64,000 bases of DNA from Candidatus Falkowbacteria bacterium (GTDB lineage: Bacteria > Patescibacteriota > Patescibacteriia > CAIXNZ01). The stretch spans positions 131,522 through 195,521 of the forward strand of contig CAVZGV010000004.1 in NCBI GenBank assembly GCA_963774955.1. Reading direction: 5' to 3'. Made by a program: the position numbers and the translations under genes. Below, one piece after another: positions 37,588-48,169 of this stretch. Under the pieces are notes generated by a model. The model did no database searches. It was not told the DNA's origin and saw nothing but the letters and a program-made list of their open reading frames with translations. Within the stretch, counting starts at the first letter, position 1; every line of letters begins with the position of its first letter.

Positions 37588-37640
37588 GGAAGGCTAGCAT
37601 AATAAGCCATTATACTATACCCGCTCTTTAAGCAAGTTAA
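37588..37640 (-). other. 5' half of the second tRNA-Gly copy (acceptor 5' strand, D-arm, anticodon stem 5' strand and loop up to cttcc), followed by a GC-rich extension ccgcctgccatagtacacag plus T8
   Basis: gcgggtatagtataatggcttattatgctagccttcc is identical to the intact gene apart from one D-loop base. It then diverges into a sequence complementary to the extension of the 3' half. Confidence 0.6.
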
Positions 37641-37807
37641 AATTTATAAATTACCAAATGCCCGCGCACTTGCGAGCTATATATTTCATAAACGCTTACA
37701 AGTCGCACTACTGAGGAGCCTTTTTTGATAAATCTATCTTAACAGAATTACTAAAATATTTCAATATAAAAAGCCCCCGCGTTGCAGGGGCTTGGGTTGG
37801 TTACTTT

Positions 37808-38137
37808 TTAGAATTTGTTTAGCAGGTCAAGGTCAGCCGAATCTTTGGCGGCAATTATCAAAGCTCCGTGCTCATTACTGAAATCGCCTAGGATTCTCAG
37901 CTTGGTTTCGGGCTCGTTAATTTTCTCCAGGAAATCGACGAGTGCAAGAACTTTTTCTTTTCTGGCCTGCAGTTCAGCAATATCAGGGACAAAAAGCAAT
38001 GCGCCATTCATGCCCCCGCTTAAAGGACCGAGCAACTTACCGCTGGTCAATTGTTTGATCAAAAAACTGTCAGGATTGGCCATGATCTGAGAGATTTCTT
38101 CCTGCAGCAGGGTAGAAGCCTTAATTTTTACTTCCAT
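37808..38137 (-). CDS. Hypothetical protein
   Basis: 109 aa. A terminator gcccctgcaacgcgggggc plus T-run lies at 37770-37800. Confidence 0.4.
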   Translation of the reverse strand: MEVKIKASTLLQEEISQIMANPDSFLIKQLTSGKLLGPLSGGMNGALLFVPDIAELQARKEKVLALVDFLEKINEPETKLRILGDFSNEHGALIIAAKDSADLDLLNKF

Positions 38138-38202
38138 ATATTTTAACCCCCTTTCTTTATGCGTAAATATAAGTTAACAGATAAAAAAATGTTTGTCAAC
38201 AC

Positions 38203-39090
38203 CTAGTCTTTAACCAGTCTATCTAAGGTATAAAAGATGCCTTCATCCCTAAAAAACATCACATTTTCACCCATAATTTGAACGTCGTAGGCATCTGAAG
38301 ATTTAGGAAACTCTTTATAGCTGGCGGTGCCAAAATCAATGATATATGCCTGGCTTAAATCGTGACTAATCATGATATTTTTTTCATGTAAATCCCGGTG
38401 GTGAAAGTTGTTTTTTTTCCATACATCCAGAGTATTGGCAACTTGATGCATTATTTTTTTTGGTAAAAACTTCCTCTTGCTTAAAATATTGAAAATGCGC
38501 TTTTTTAAATAATCTTCTAATTGAATATCGGTCATTTCAGCCCGCCTTGTTCTGGCCTCAAAGAAGCCTTCGATTACTAATTCTTCAAGATCTTTATCTG
38601 GCCAGGTCGTTACCTCAAAATTATCAACACCGAATAATAGCTCCTTAACTTTATCTTGGGGGATAGTCTTGGCCACTTCTTCCAACATTAAACGATATAA
38701 TGTCTTAGCTTCGAGCCTATGCATGATTAATAATTTATCACCAGCAGAAGTTTCAATATAAAATGAAGGCAGGGGAACTAAAGCAACCGGTTTGCCTTCT
38801 GCCTGTCTTTGCTTAACTAATAAAAAAGCTTGAGCCTGCAAATCCAATTCTTGTTCCATTGTTTTACTATACGCCTTTTTGGGACTCTGATGTTCTTCTC
38901 TTTTGACACAATAAGACAAGCCTTCCCAGTCAGCCATATAAACCTCGGCAATACTGCCGCTGCCAATATTATATTGATCTCTTACTGATTCCAAAAAAGT
39001 TTTAGCCATAGCTAAAACCACCTTCTTTTCTTTTTCAACTTCTGTCGCAGGCAGTGCTTCAGCAGGAATGATCTTGGTAATTTCACCCAT
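38203..39090 (-). CDS. Eukaryotic-like Ser/Thr protein kinase domain protein
   Basis: A VAIK-like YCVKRE block, catalytic loop HHRDLHEKNIMIS, and DFG motif IIDFGTAS. Confidence 0.6.
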   Translation of the reverse strand: MGEITKIIPAEALPATEVEKEKKVVLAMAKTFLESVRDQYNIGSGSIAEVYMADWEGLSYCVKREEHQSPKKAYSKTMEQELDLQAQAFLLVKQRQAEGKPVALVPLPSFYIETSAGDKLLIMHRLEAKTLYRLMLEEVAKTIPQDKVKELLFGVDNFEVTTWPDKDLEELVIEGFFEARTRRAEMTDIQLEDYLKKRIFNILSKRKFLPKKIMHQVANTLDVWKKNNFHHRDLHEKNIMISHDLSQAYIIDFGTASYKEFPKSSDAYDVQIMGENVMFFRDEGIFYTLDRLVKD

Positions 39091-39252
39091 AATGATAGCT
39101 AAAATTATGACTTATCATCTAACTCATTATAGCTTAATAATTGTTAGAAATCAAAAAAACACCCGGGGGTGTTTATCTGATTCATTCGCGATGCCTAATA
39201 TTTGTTTAGCTTAGTAAAGGTGATTGTCTCGCTCGGAGAAAAACCCACTAAT

Positions 39253-39327
39253 TTTGATATTCGGGGATGTGGGACTTGCCCGCCGAAGGCGGGTCCGCCT
39301 CTGGCGGAAACCCACCGGTTTTGATAT
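39253..39327 (-). repeat. Direct repeat of the tRNA-Pro 3' end plus ~20 nt of its downstream flank (aagtcccacaYccccgaatatcaaaa..tgggttt), separated by two GC hairpins (cccgccgaaggcggg and tccgcctctggcgga)
   Basis: Seen directly; resembles an att-site scar. Confidence 0.5.
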
Positions 39328-39399
39328 TCGGGGTGTGGGACTTGAACCCACGACCTTCTGGTCCCAAACCAGACGCGCTAGCCAACTGCGCTAACCCCG
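39328..39399 (-). tRNA. tRNA-Pro(TGG)
   Basis: cggggtt-agcgcagttggctagcgc..tctgg-ttTGGga-ccaga..gtcgtgggttcaagtcccac-accccg-a cloverleaf. Confidence 0.85.
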
Positions 39400-39471
39400 T
39401 TATTAATAATTTTCAGTAACCAATAATCAACTTCCAATAATTTTTAAATTAAAATTACCGTTGAGATTACT

Positions 39472-39546
<75 letters not shown>

Positions 39547-39604
39547 ACGTCACTGCGCGAGCGACGTGCCGAGGCTCGTCGTTTGCGAGTTAAAATAGTT
39601 TGGG

Positions 39605-39678
39605 TGCGCGTGGGAGGACTCGAACCTCCGACCTCGTCATTATCAGTGACGCGCTCTAACCAGCTGAGCTACACGCGC
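39605..39678 (-). tRNA. tRNA-Ile(GAT), in the 16S-downstream spacer
   Basis: gcgcgtg-ta-gctcagctggttagagc-g-cgtca-ctGATaa-tgacg-aggtc-ggagg-ttcgagt-cctcc-cacgcgc-a. Confidence 0.85.
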
Positions 39679-39694
39679 TTATTTGATTAATTTT

Positions 39695-39753
39695 GCGCTC
39701 TAACCAGCTGACCTGCCCGCCGAAGCTTTAGCGTAGGCGGGAGCTACACGCGC
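39695..39753 (-). pseudogene. Partial tRNA-Ile 5' segment (acceptor 5' strand plus D-arm) interrupted in the D-arm by a 29-nt GC-rich insert ccgcctacgctaaagcttcggcgggcagg
   Basis: gcgcgtgtagctc-[insert]-tcagctggttagagcgc, directly upstream of the intact tRNA-Ile. The insert termini match the extensions at the tRNA-Gly halves. Confidence 0.55.
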
Positions 39754-39986
39754 AAATTATTTTAAAATATTTTCAACTTCTAACAACAAATTTCTAATCC
39801 CTGGCAAGATAATATAATCTAAGTTTAACAAAAAGGGCTGGCTCGATCAATATCATAAAACGATCTTAACTAAGCCAGCCTCTTTTGATAAGTCCTTAAC
39901 TCCTAAAAAGTGATAGAATCGCCGTTGTCCAAATTAATGGACTCGACCTAATAGAGTAAAACATTTTCATGTAATTACTTATTTAC

Positions 39987-41495
<1,509 letters not shown>

Positions 41496-41994
41496 GATGA
41501 TAAAGTTCACTACGGACATGTGATGTTAGTGTCCATCACGGACAATATTGAGTTTCCCAGTTAAGGGAAATAAGGTAGTAGAATTGAATTGACGATTCTA
41601 TCACTCTTTAGTTGTCAAAGAAATTTTTCTTCCCGCATTACGCCGTAGCTCCGCATCGTGCGGCGAAGGCGAACACTCTTTTTTAGGAAAGAAAAAAACA
41701 GGGAAATCCATTGTCTGATTAAATTATCCCGCTACGCGGGATTTTTAACCGATCGAATTTACCTGTTTTTTTCTCCTCCCTTCGACTCGCTCCGCTCGCT
41801 CAGGGCAACGCCCTTGCTAAAAATTCTAGCGTCCAAGGATATCATTGAAAAAATAAATTTTCTTATGAATATGTGAAGGTTTTTAAGATTATTTGTAAGT
41901 AACTTTATATTACACTATTACTTTTTGACTGTCAAGAGGCTTTTGGGGAAGGCTAAGAAGGGGTAAAAGAGTAAGAAGGGAAAGAAGGGGTTTA

Positions 41995-42045
41995 TGGGAA
42001 AAACCGATCCTGATCCATATCATGAATTAAGTTCATCAACAGTTT
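41995..42045 (-). pseudogene. Remnant copy of the 3' end of the TrmB-family gene (encodes ...LLMNLIHDMDQDRFFP*)
   Basis: ccatatcatgaattaagttcat duplicates ccatatcatgaattgaattcat at the 3' end of 42214-42969. Confidence 0.4.
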
Positions 42046-42213
42046 ATCAATAGGGTCTGGCTAACTTTGAACTTAATCACCAAGCACCAATAATCAATCA
42101 ACAAACAAGCACAAAATTCAAATGTTCAACTACCTAAAAATTTAAAATTTATAATTTACTTACTTATTAGAAATTGTTTGGTTATTGATGCTTGGTTATT
42201 GGTTATTTCAACT

Positions 42214-42969
42214 TTATGGCTTAAACCTATCCCAAACCATATCATGAATTGAATTCATTGAATCGGCAACATCTTTATTTTTTATTAAAACTGCAAATGG
42301 ATTTTCTTCTGTCGTAAAAATTATAACCATATCATCTAAAACACCAAATGAGGCTTTTATGGGGTAAGTACGAGGTGAAACTACAATTGAAGCCCTTAAT
42401 TCATCAACGTCATTCTTTAAAACATCCCTAAGTATAGGGGAATCCGGGCTGCCTGAAATGATCGTTCTGCCCTTTATTTGTTTACTTACTCTATTATTAA
42501 TAGATTGAGCAATTTGTTTTTTTCCATGTTGTAAAATTGCCGCTTCAACATTCTCAAAAGCTTTACCTAACTTGGTTTGTGCATTTTCAAACCACAAATC
42601 AGAGGCCAGTTGTACGCCTTCAATCCCGGAATAATAACTTATTGCTAGCTTCTTTTCTGGAACATTAATGATTTTGGTCAAATCTTCTGTAATCTCATCT
42701 AGCGTCACTATTTTCCTTTCCAGCAAATGACGTAATTGCTTTGGGCTGATTGCTTGATATAATTTTCGTTTATAAACTTTTATGACTGACAAGAATCCTT
42801 TATCCGTAAGATTTTGTATATGACGATAAGCTGCAGTCCTTGGAATACTAGCTTTTTTAGCTAAATCAGTTAAGGAAACTGTATCAAAATTCAAAGCTGC
42901 CCAATAAAGCTTAGCTTCATAGTTGTTAAGATTAAATACTTTTTGTAGTTGTTCTAGTTGTTTGTCCAT
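42214..42969 (-). CDS. TrmB-family transcriptional regulator (paralog of 36004-36771)
   Basis: N-terminal wHTH (NNYEAKLYWAALNFDTVSLTDLAKKASIPRTAAYRHIQNLTDKGFL). Confidence 0.65.
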   Translation of the reverse strand: MDKQLEQLQKVFNLNNYEAKLYWAALNFDTVSLTDLAKKASIPRTAAYRHIQNLTDKGFLSVIKVYKRKLYQAISPKQLRHLLERKIVTLDEITEDLTKIINVPEKKLAISYYSGIEGVQLASDLWFENAQTKLGKAFENVEAAILQHGKKQIAQSINNRVSKQIKGRTIISGSPDSPILRDVLKNDVDELRASIVVSPRTYPIKASFGVLDDMVIIFTTEENPFAVLIKNKDVADSMNSIHDMVWDRFKP

Positions 42970-43137
42970 ATAGCAAGTATATAAAATGACGCGAATTGCG
43001 TCAAATTTTTAAACAATAAACATGCTAAAATTAGCCAAATAGTGTCTTTTGCTTAGCTATTTTTACTTTAATTCTTTACAAATCAATGATTTAAGATACT
43101 ATACAAGCAGGTACATTGAAAAACAAAGGAGGCGAAA

Positions 43138-43365
43138 ATGAGGTTAATTGACAAATTGGACCCAGAAAAGATTGGCAATCCGCATCTAAAAAAATTAGTA
43201 CAACATCTCAAAATGGGTGTACTAGCGGATGTTGACCCTCTGCAAATTACGCCGGAAACAGCCCAAAGATTTCAAAGATGGAACCATCATACAGATCATA
43301 GAGACTATCAACAACATTCTGATTACTCAAACACGGGGCCTTCCCATGGCGATTATTGTGATTAG
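43138..43365 (+). CDS. Candidate RiPP precursor peptide (75 aa; His/Asp/Tyr-rich C-terminus ...NHHTDHRDYQQHSDYSNTGPSHGDYCD)
   Basis: RBS AAAGGAGG. Its stop lies 10 nt before the maturase start, so the two are translationally linked. Confidence 0.4.
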   Translation: MRLIDKLDPEKIGNPHLKKLVQHLKMGVLADVDPLQITPETAQRFQRWNHHTDHRDYQQHSDYSNTGPSHGDYCD

Positions 43366-43375
43366 GGAGAATGAA

Positions 43376-44473
43376 ATGGAAAGCAATGTCATCAGTAAAG
43401 ATTTAACTGTGGTTATCAAGCCGACAAGAAACTGTAATCTGCGTTGCAGGTATTGTTCAGTCGGCGATCCGGACTCCAGAACCCTAACTGAAGCAGAGGT
43501 TGAACAGGTGATTAAAAAAATAGTCACCCGCGATTCGGTAAGTTATACAAAATTTATCTGGCATGGCGGCGAACCTCTTTTGGCAGGCCTTAACTTTTAC
43601 CGAAGAATTACAGAAATTCAAAAGCCTTTGCTTGAGCAGGGATTTGAAATCAGGAATGTCGTCCAAACAAACGGCACTCTTATTACTGACGATTGGGCAA
43701 AATTTTTCAAGCTGAATAATTTCGGAGTGGGCCTATCCGTAGACGGACCAAAGGAAATTAACGACCGCACCAGAGTTTTTTCAAAAAACAAAGGCGCTTT
43801 CGTTGCAATAAAAAAAGGCGCCCAAATCCTTGAGGAAAACGGGGTCGAATATGGGTATCTTGCGGTAATCAGCCAGCACAACGTTGCTGAAGTTGAAGAA
43901 ATCATCGACTTCATGCATAGCGAAAACAAAAGATACAAGCTGGTAGCTGTTTCACCCATCGGACGGGCGGCAGAAGCTTATCAAAGCATAATGCCGGCCG
44001 GAAATAGCTATGCGTTCTCGCAGAAAAAGCTGCTTAGTAGATGGCTGAAGGAAGGCCATTTTACTGATCGATCTGCGCTGTGGAAATATATTGTCCCGGT
44101 TCTGACCGGCACTCCGATTGAATGCGTTTTCTTTAAAAATTGCCAGGCATCATTTATCGGCGTAGATTCCAACGCTGATGTTTTTCCCTGCGGACGTTTC
44201 TGCGGCGGCAATAATTACAGATACGGCAATTTAATCAGCGATGATTTTAGCAGTATCTGGAATCATCCGGCCAGAATCGAGCTGACAAAGAGATCTGAGA
44301 TTCTAACAAAATGCCACCGGTGTAAATTTTTTTCTATCTGCCATGGCGGCTGTCCTCTTCAGGGAATTTTGAATGGCGGGTCCCAAAAAGAAGACTACAA
44401 TTGTTCCCAGTATTTTGAAATCTTTTCTGCCATCGAAGAGGAAATCCTAAAAGCTGGCGGGCTCAACGCTTAA
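43376..44473 (+). CDS. Radical SAM enzyme with a C-terminal SPASM domain (peptide-modifying maturase family)
   Basis: CNLRCRYC (CxxxCxxC) plus a C-terminal Cys cluster CHRCKFFSICHGGCP and a further CQASFIGVD..C..C cluster. The start is trimmed to ATG 43376 after RBS GGGAGA. A terminator follows at 44480-44512. Confidence 0.7.
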   Translation: MESNVISKDLTVVIKPTRNCNLRCRYCSVGDPDSRTLTEAEVEQVIKKIVTRDSVSYTKFIWHGGEPLLAGLNFYRRITEIQKPLLEQGFEIRNVVQTNGTLITDDWAKFFKLNNFGVGLSVDGPKEINDRTRVFSKNKGAFVAIKKGAQILEENGVEYGYLAVISQHNVAEVEEIIDFMHSENKRYKLVAVSPIGRAAEAYQSIMPAGNSYAFSQKKLLSRWLKEGHFTDRSALWKYIVPVLTGTPIECVFFKNCQASFIGVDSNADVFPCGRFCGGNNYRYGNLISDDFSSIWNHPARIELTKRSEILTKCHRCKFFSICHGGCPLQGILNGGSQKEDYNCSQYFEIFSAIEEEILKAGGLNA

Positions 44474-44578
44474 ATAAACCAAAAACCCCGGACATTCGTT
44501 CGGGGCTTTTTTATTTTGCTAATATTACTACTGTCTATAGTTGACTATTGACAGTAAACAGTCAACCGTCAACTATGA

Positions 44579-45289
44579 CTAATCTAAAATTAATTTGTCC
44601 ATTTCCTTTTTCATTTTCATCAATTTGGCTGTATCTTCAGCAATAGCTTTATAATTTTGCACTTCATTCAATATAATATTTTTATTGCAAATTTCATCAC
44701 CTTTAATCCCTAAATAAGCAGGATAACTACACCAAGGGTAATCAGCGGCGTTGTCTGTTATTCCATGAATCTGAGCATTGGCGTTTACATAGACTGAAAG
44801 GTAAAGCAGATGTTCAAATGAGTCTATTTGCTTAAACTTGAACTTTCCCTGAAATAAATAGCCGCTACGATCATTTCTTCGATTAAAATAATTGGTATAA
44901 CCAAGACTAACCTTATGCATAAATTTTGAGATGCCATTATCAACCAATTGTTTTAAAATGAGGTGAAAATGATTGGGGTTAAGGCAGTAGCAAATAATTT
45001 CAACCAGGCGGGAGTCCTCTAGGGATCCAATTCCCAATTGGGAATTGGATCCCTTAGCGACTTCCTCGGATTCTTTTTTATTCTGGTATGCTTTTTCGTA
45101 TAAACTGCCAATCGGATTTAAACAATTAAATCCCTTTAAACTTGTTAAAAATCTCGAGTAATCATCCTCATCTAAAAAAATATCGCGCTTATCAGTACCG
45201 CGATTATAAATGTGATAATATTCATTGTTACTAAAATTTATTTTTCGCATAAATACTAAAAAGTACGTTTCTTCTTTTTTTCTCTCCAC
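44579..45289 (-). CDS. IS200/IS605-like Y1 (HUH) transposase family protein (RAYT-like), carrying an in-frame perfect palindrome
   Basis: YHIYNRG...HFHLIL (HuH motif) ...Y. The 34-bp perfect palindrome agggatccaattcccaattgggaattggatccct at 45018-45058 encodes GSNSQLGIGSLEDS. The gene overlaps the trmD 3' end by 34 bp. Confidence 0.55.
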   Translation of the reverse strand: MERKKEETYFLVFMRKINFSNNEYYHIYNRGTDKRDIFLDEDDYSRFLTSLKGFNCLNPIGSLYEKAYQNKKESEEVAKGSNSQLGIGSLEDSRLVEIICYCLNPNHFHLILKQLVDNGISKFMHKVSLGYTNYFNRRNDRSGYLFQGKFKFKQIDSFEHLLYLSVYVNANAQIHGITDNAADYPWCSYPAYLGIKGDEICNKNIILNEVQNYKAIAEDTAKLMKMKKEMDKLILD

Positions 45290-45909
45290 TCAGCAACTTT
45301 CCCGTGATGTCCTGATAGCAAAACTTCCGGTACTTTCCAAGTTTTAAACTTTTCCGGTTTAGTATATTGGGGATATTCTAATTCATTATCTTTGGAAAAA
45401 GATTCATCTTGGGCTGAAGCTTTATTACCCAAAACACCAGGCAGCAGGCGAGTAATGCCATCAACTAAAATCATAGCTGGTATTTCACCGCCGGTGAGCA
45501 CATAATTGCCAATGGAAATTTCCTCGTCAATCAAATGCTCAGCCACGCGATTATCAACGCCTTCATAACGACCGCAAATCATAATCAGCTGATCATATTT
45601 TTTTAAACGCTGTAAATCTTTTTGGGTCAAAGTCTTGCCCTTGGCGGAAAATAAAATAACGCGGGACTTTTTTTTGCGCTTAATTGATTTTAATGCTTTA
45701 TAAATCGGTTCAATTTTTAAAACCATACCGGCTCCGCCGCCATAAGGAGTATCGTCAACTGACTTGTGCGCATCTTTGGGATCAGCGAAACGACGCAAGT
45801 CTTCAGTCTTAATTTTAATAATTTTCTTATCCTGAGCGCGCTTAATCATGGCCTTGGAAAAATAAGACTCGAAGATGTCGGGGAAAATTGTGATTATATT
45901 GAATAACAT
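45256..45909 (-). CDS. trmD: tRNA (guanine37-N1)-methyltransferase
   Basis: MLFNIITIFPDIFESYF...VDDTPYGGGAGMVLK...ICGRYEGVDNRV matches the TrmD (SPOUT) family. Confidence 0.9.
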   Translation of the reverse strand: MLFNIITIFPDIFESYFSKAMIKRAQDKKIIKIKTEDLRRFADPKDAHKSVDDTPYGGGAGMVLKIEPIYKALKSIKRKKKSRVILFSAKGKTLTQKDLQRLKKYDQLIMICGRYEGVDNRVAEHLIDEEISIGNYVLTGGEIPAMILVDGITRLLPGVLGNKASAQDESFSKDNELEYPQYTKPEKFKTWKVPEVLLSGHHGKVAEWREKKKKRTF

Positions 45910-46163
45910 AAGTTATATGAAGTTATATGAGGTTGTATTAGGTTATATTAAGTTGCGTTTGAAAAGCAACCTCACTCAACATCATAAAACATAATAAAAC
46001 CTCATACAACATCCATACCAATTATACCACAACAGACCAAAAGAACCCCACGAATGCGGGATTCTTTTATATCACTTAGAATATTAAATTTAATTCAACG
46101 GCTGTCCGATCTTATAGCTGTAAATTATGGAATCATCAAAATATAATATCTTATCTAGCATAA

Positions 46164-46373
46164 TTATCGCCGGCATAAAAAGCGGCTTTTTCTGGAGTTA
46201 CTGGTCTCAAGAGTCAAAGGCTCATCATAACGATTAACATAGTATAAAACTGAATCAGTAAGTCCTTTTACTAGTTTGCCTTTTAAGTCGCTGATTTCTG
46301 GTCTGTCAGTATAAACATTTTTACCGTCTGCATAAGCCGTCACATGATAAACTTTGTATATTTCAGTGGTCAC
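46164..46373 (-). CDS. Small hypothetical ORF (possibly the 3' part of a disrupted gene together with 46435-46851)
   Basis: 69-aa ORF 60 bp downstream of 46435-46851 on the same strand. Confidence 0.3.
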   Translation of the reverse strand: MTTEIYKVYHVTAYADGKNVYTDRPEISDLKGKLVKGLTDSVLYYVNRYDEPLTLETSNSRKSRFLCRR

Positions 46374-46434
46374 GTCAGGAATTTCTAAATAGTAACTTGA
46401 TTTAACAATATTGGTATTTGCCGAAACTGCTGCT

Positions 46435-46851
46435 TCAGTTATTCAAACAAACTGGTTTAATTCGGGCGCGGTTTAAGCTGTCATACAAACCTTTGGCAAA
46501 GACTTCAGAATTTTCACAAAAACGAGCATCGATTTCCGGATTGTTGGTCAATTCATTTATTTCAAATTCAGTAAAAGAAACCTGACTGGTCGTTACTTCA
46601 TTAGCCGGAATACTAGGTGTATAAAATAAATGTGAAATTAATGGTTTTTTAATTAACCCAGACAAATATGAAGGGTCTGCCGGATAGTTATGATAGTGAA
46701 GCTGGCCGTCTTCTACGCCCCAAAGAGAACAGTTTTGAAGGCAAATATGTCCGCCATACTGGTTTAATAAACCAGGATGAGCCGAAACCAAAGAAGGCGA
46801 AAACGCCAAGGCAATAATTACCCAGATAAAAATGAGCTTTTGCATAAACAT
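46435..46851 (-). CDS. Secreted hypothetical protein with a YHYH-like motif
   Basis: Signal peptide MFMQKLIFIWVIIALAFSPSLVSA, then ...GQLHYHNYP... Confidence 0.4.
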   Translation of the reverse strand: MFMQKLIFIWVIIALAFSPSLVSAHPGLLNQYGGHICLQNCSLWGVEDGQLHYHNYPADPSYLSGLIKKPLISHLFYTPSIPANEVTTSQVSFTEFEINELTNNPEIDARFCENSEVFAKGLYDSLNRARIKPVCLNN

Positions 46852-46892
46852 GGTGTTAATTTAAAAGAGATTATTTAACTCAAACTTAACAA

Positions 46893-46995
46893 ATTTAACT
46901 TAAAAGGGCAAGAGGGTCTAAAAAGGGTAAGGAGAGGAAGAAGGGAATTACATAAAACCCTTCTTACTCCTCTTACTCTCCACCCCCTTCTCTCC
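46893..46995. repeat. Purine-rich palindromic repeat, copy 2 (gggtaaggagaggaagaaggg..cccttcttactcctcttactc)
   Basis: Same family. Confidence 0.55.
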
Positions 46996-47062
46996 CATCT
47001 ATAAAAAGCACAAACCCCGCACTTTTTAGGTACGGGGTTTGCGATATAGTAGAAATTTAAAT

Positions 47063-47380
47063 TTATATTTTTAAATCGTCTACGACATCAGTATCAACAT
47101 CTTGAGTTCTGCTTGGTCGTCTTGAACCCTCTGGTTCAAAGATTTTCAAGTTAACGCGGGCATTGTTTTTAGCACCGACGATCTTCAGTAAAGTTCTGAT
47201 TGATCTTGCAGTGTTGCCCTGTTTGCCAATGACATAACCCATGTCGGCTTGATTGATGTGCAGGGTTAATAAAACACCCATTTCATCAACTGTTCTTTCG
47301 ACAGTGACATCGTTTGGATTGCCTACGATGTTTTTTACGATGTACTCGACAAACTCTTGGTCAGCGAATTTTGCAGCCAT
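47063..47380 (-). CDS. KH-domain RNA-binding protein (YlqC/UPF0109 family)
   Basis: VIGKQGNTARSIRTLLK GXXG KH loop, adjacent to rpsP. Confidence 0.8.
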   Translation of the reverse strand: MAAKFADQEFVEYIVKNIVGNPNDVTVERTVDEMGVLLTLHINQADMGYVIGKQGNTARSIRTLLKIVGAKNNARVNLKIFEPEGSRRPSRTQDVDTDVVDDLKI

Positions 47381-47663
47381 AGTTTTAAAGTCCTTGAGTC
47401 TTTTAATACGGAAATACCGATTAAAAGCCTTAATTCTTAAGTTCTGCCGCCTCTGCTACGCGCTTGCGAGCTTTTAGCGGATATACTCATTATATCATAT
47501 ATACAGAAAAAGTCAAGGTCATATATTTGTAAGTTGGTGCATGGTTTGTAGTTTTTGCCTTGAGACTATAGCCTAAAAACCAAATCGGCTGCCATGACCT
47601 TCAACTGTAGACAAAAATAAAAACAACCCTCGAATCGAGAGCTATTTTTATTATAAAAATATA

Positions 47664-48017
47664 TTATTCGGCTTTTGGTTCTTCGGACTTAGGAGCTTCT
47701 GGAGCCGGTTCAACTGCCTTTTTCTTTTCAGCTATTTTAACGGCTCGTTTCTTGGAGATCTTGGTTACCTTTTTCTTTTTACCCTCTACAATACCCTTAG
47801 TAACCAGCAGATTCCAAATAGTATCTGAAGGTTGAGCACCCTGAGAAATCCAATGTTTAACCCGGTCAGCATTAATTTCCAAGGCTTTGGAGCGGGGATT
47901 GTAATTACCCAAATTTTCCAAATAGTTACCCCAGGGATCTTTTTCTTTCTGAGTCACTAGAATTTTAAAATAAGCCTGTTTTTTCTTGCCCGTACGTGAT
48001 AAAATTATTTTTAACAT
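47664..48017 (-). CDS. rpsP: 30S ribosomal protein S16 with a K-rich C-terminal tail
   Basis: MLKIILSRTGKKKQAYFKILV...GNYNPR...HWISQGAQPS. Confidence 0.85.
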   Translation of the reverse strand: MLKIILSRTGKKKQAYFKILVTQKEKDPWGNYLENLGNYNPRSKALEINADRVKHWISQGAQPSDTIWNLLVTKGIVEGKKKKVTKISKKRAVKIAEKKKAVEPAPEAPKSEEPKAE

Positions 48018-48169
48018 AAATAGTAATAAAATTAGCCCATAATGGGCTGCGGTGATTTAGTAATTTACATAATACTAGATAAAAAAGTCCAAGTCAAGGG
48101 GATTTGGCTAAAATCTTGACAAAACTTTAATTTTATGATATAATCCTAAGATAAAATTTAAACAGATTT

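Noticed and set aside
37384-37640. Group I intron in tRNA-Gly
   Set aside because: The intervening ~180 nt is too short for a group I core and contains a complete tRNA gene instead. It is kept as a nested/split-tRNA hypothesis rather than an intron call.
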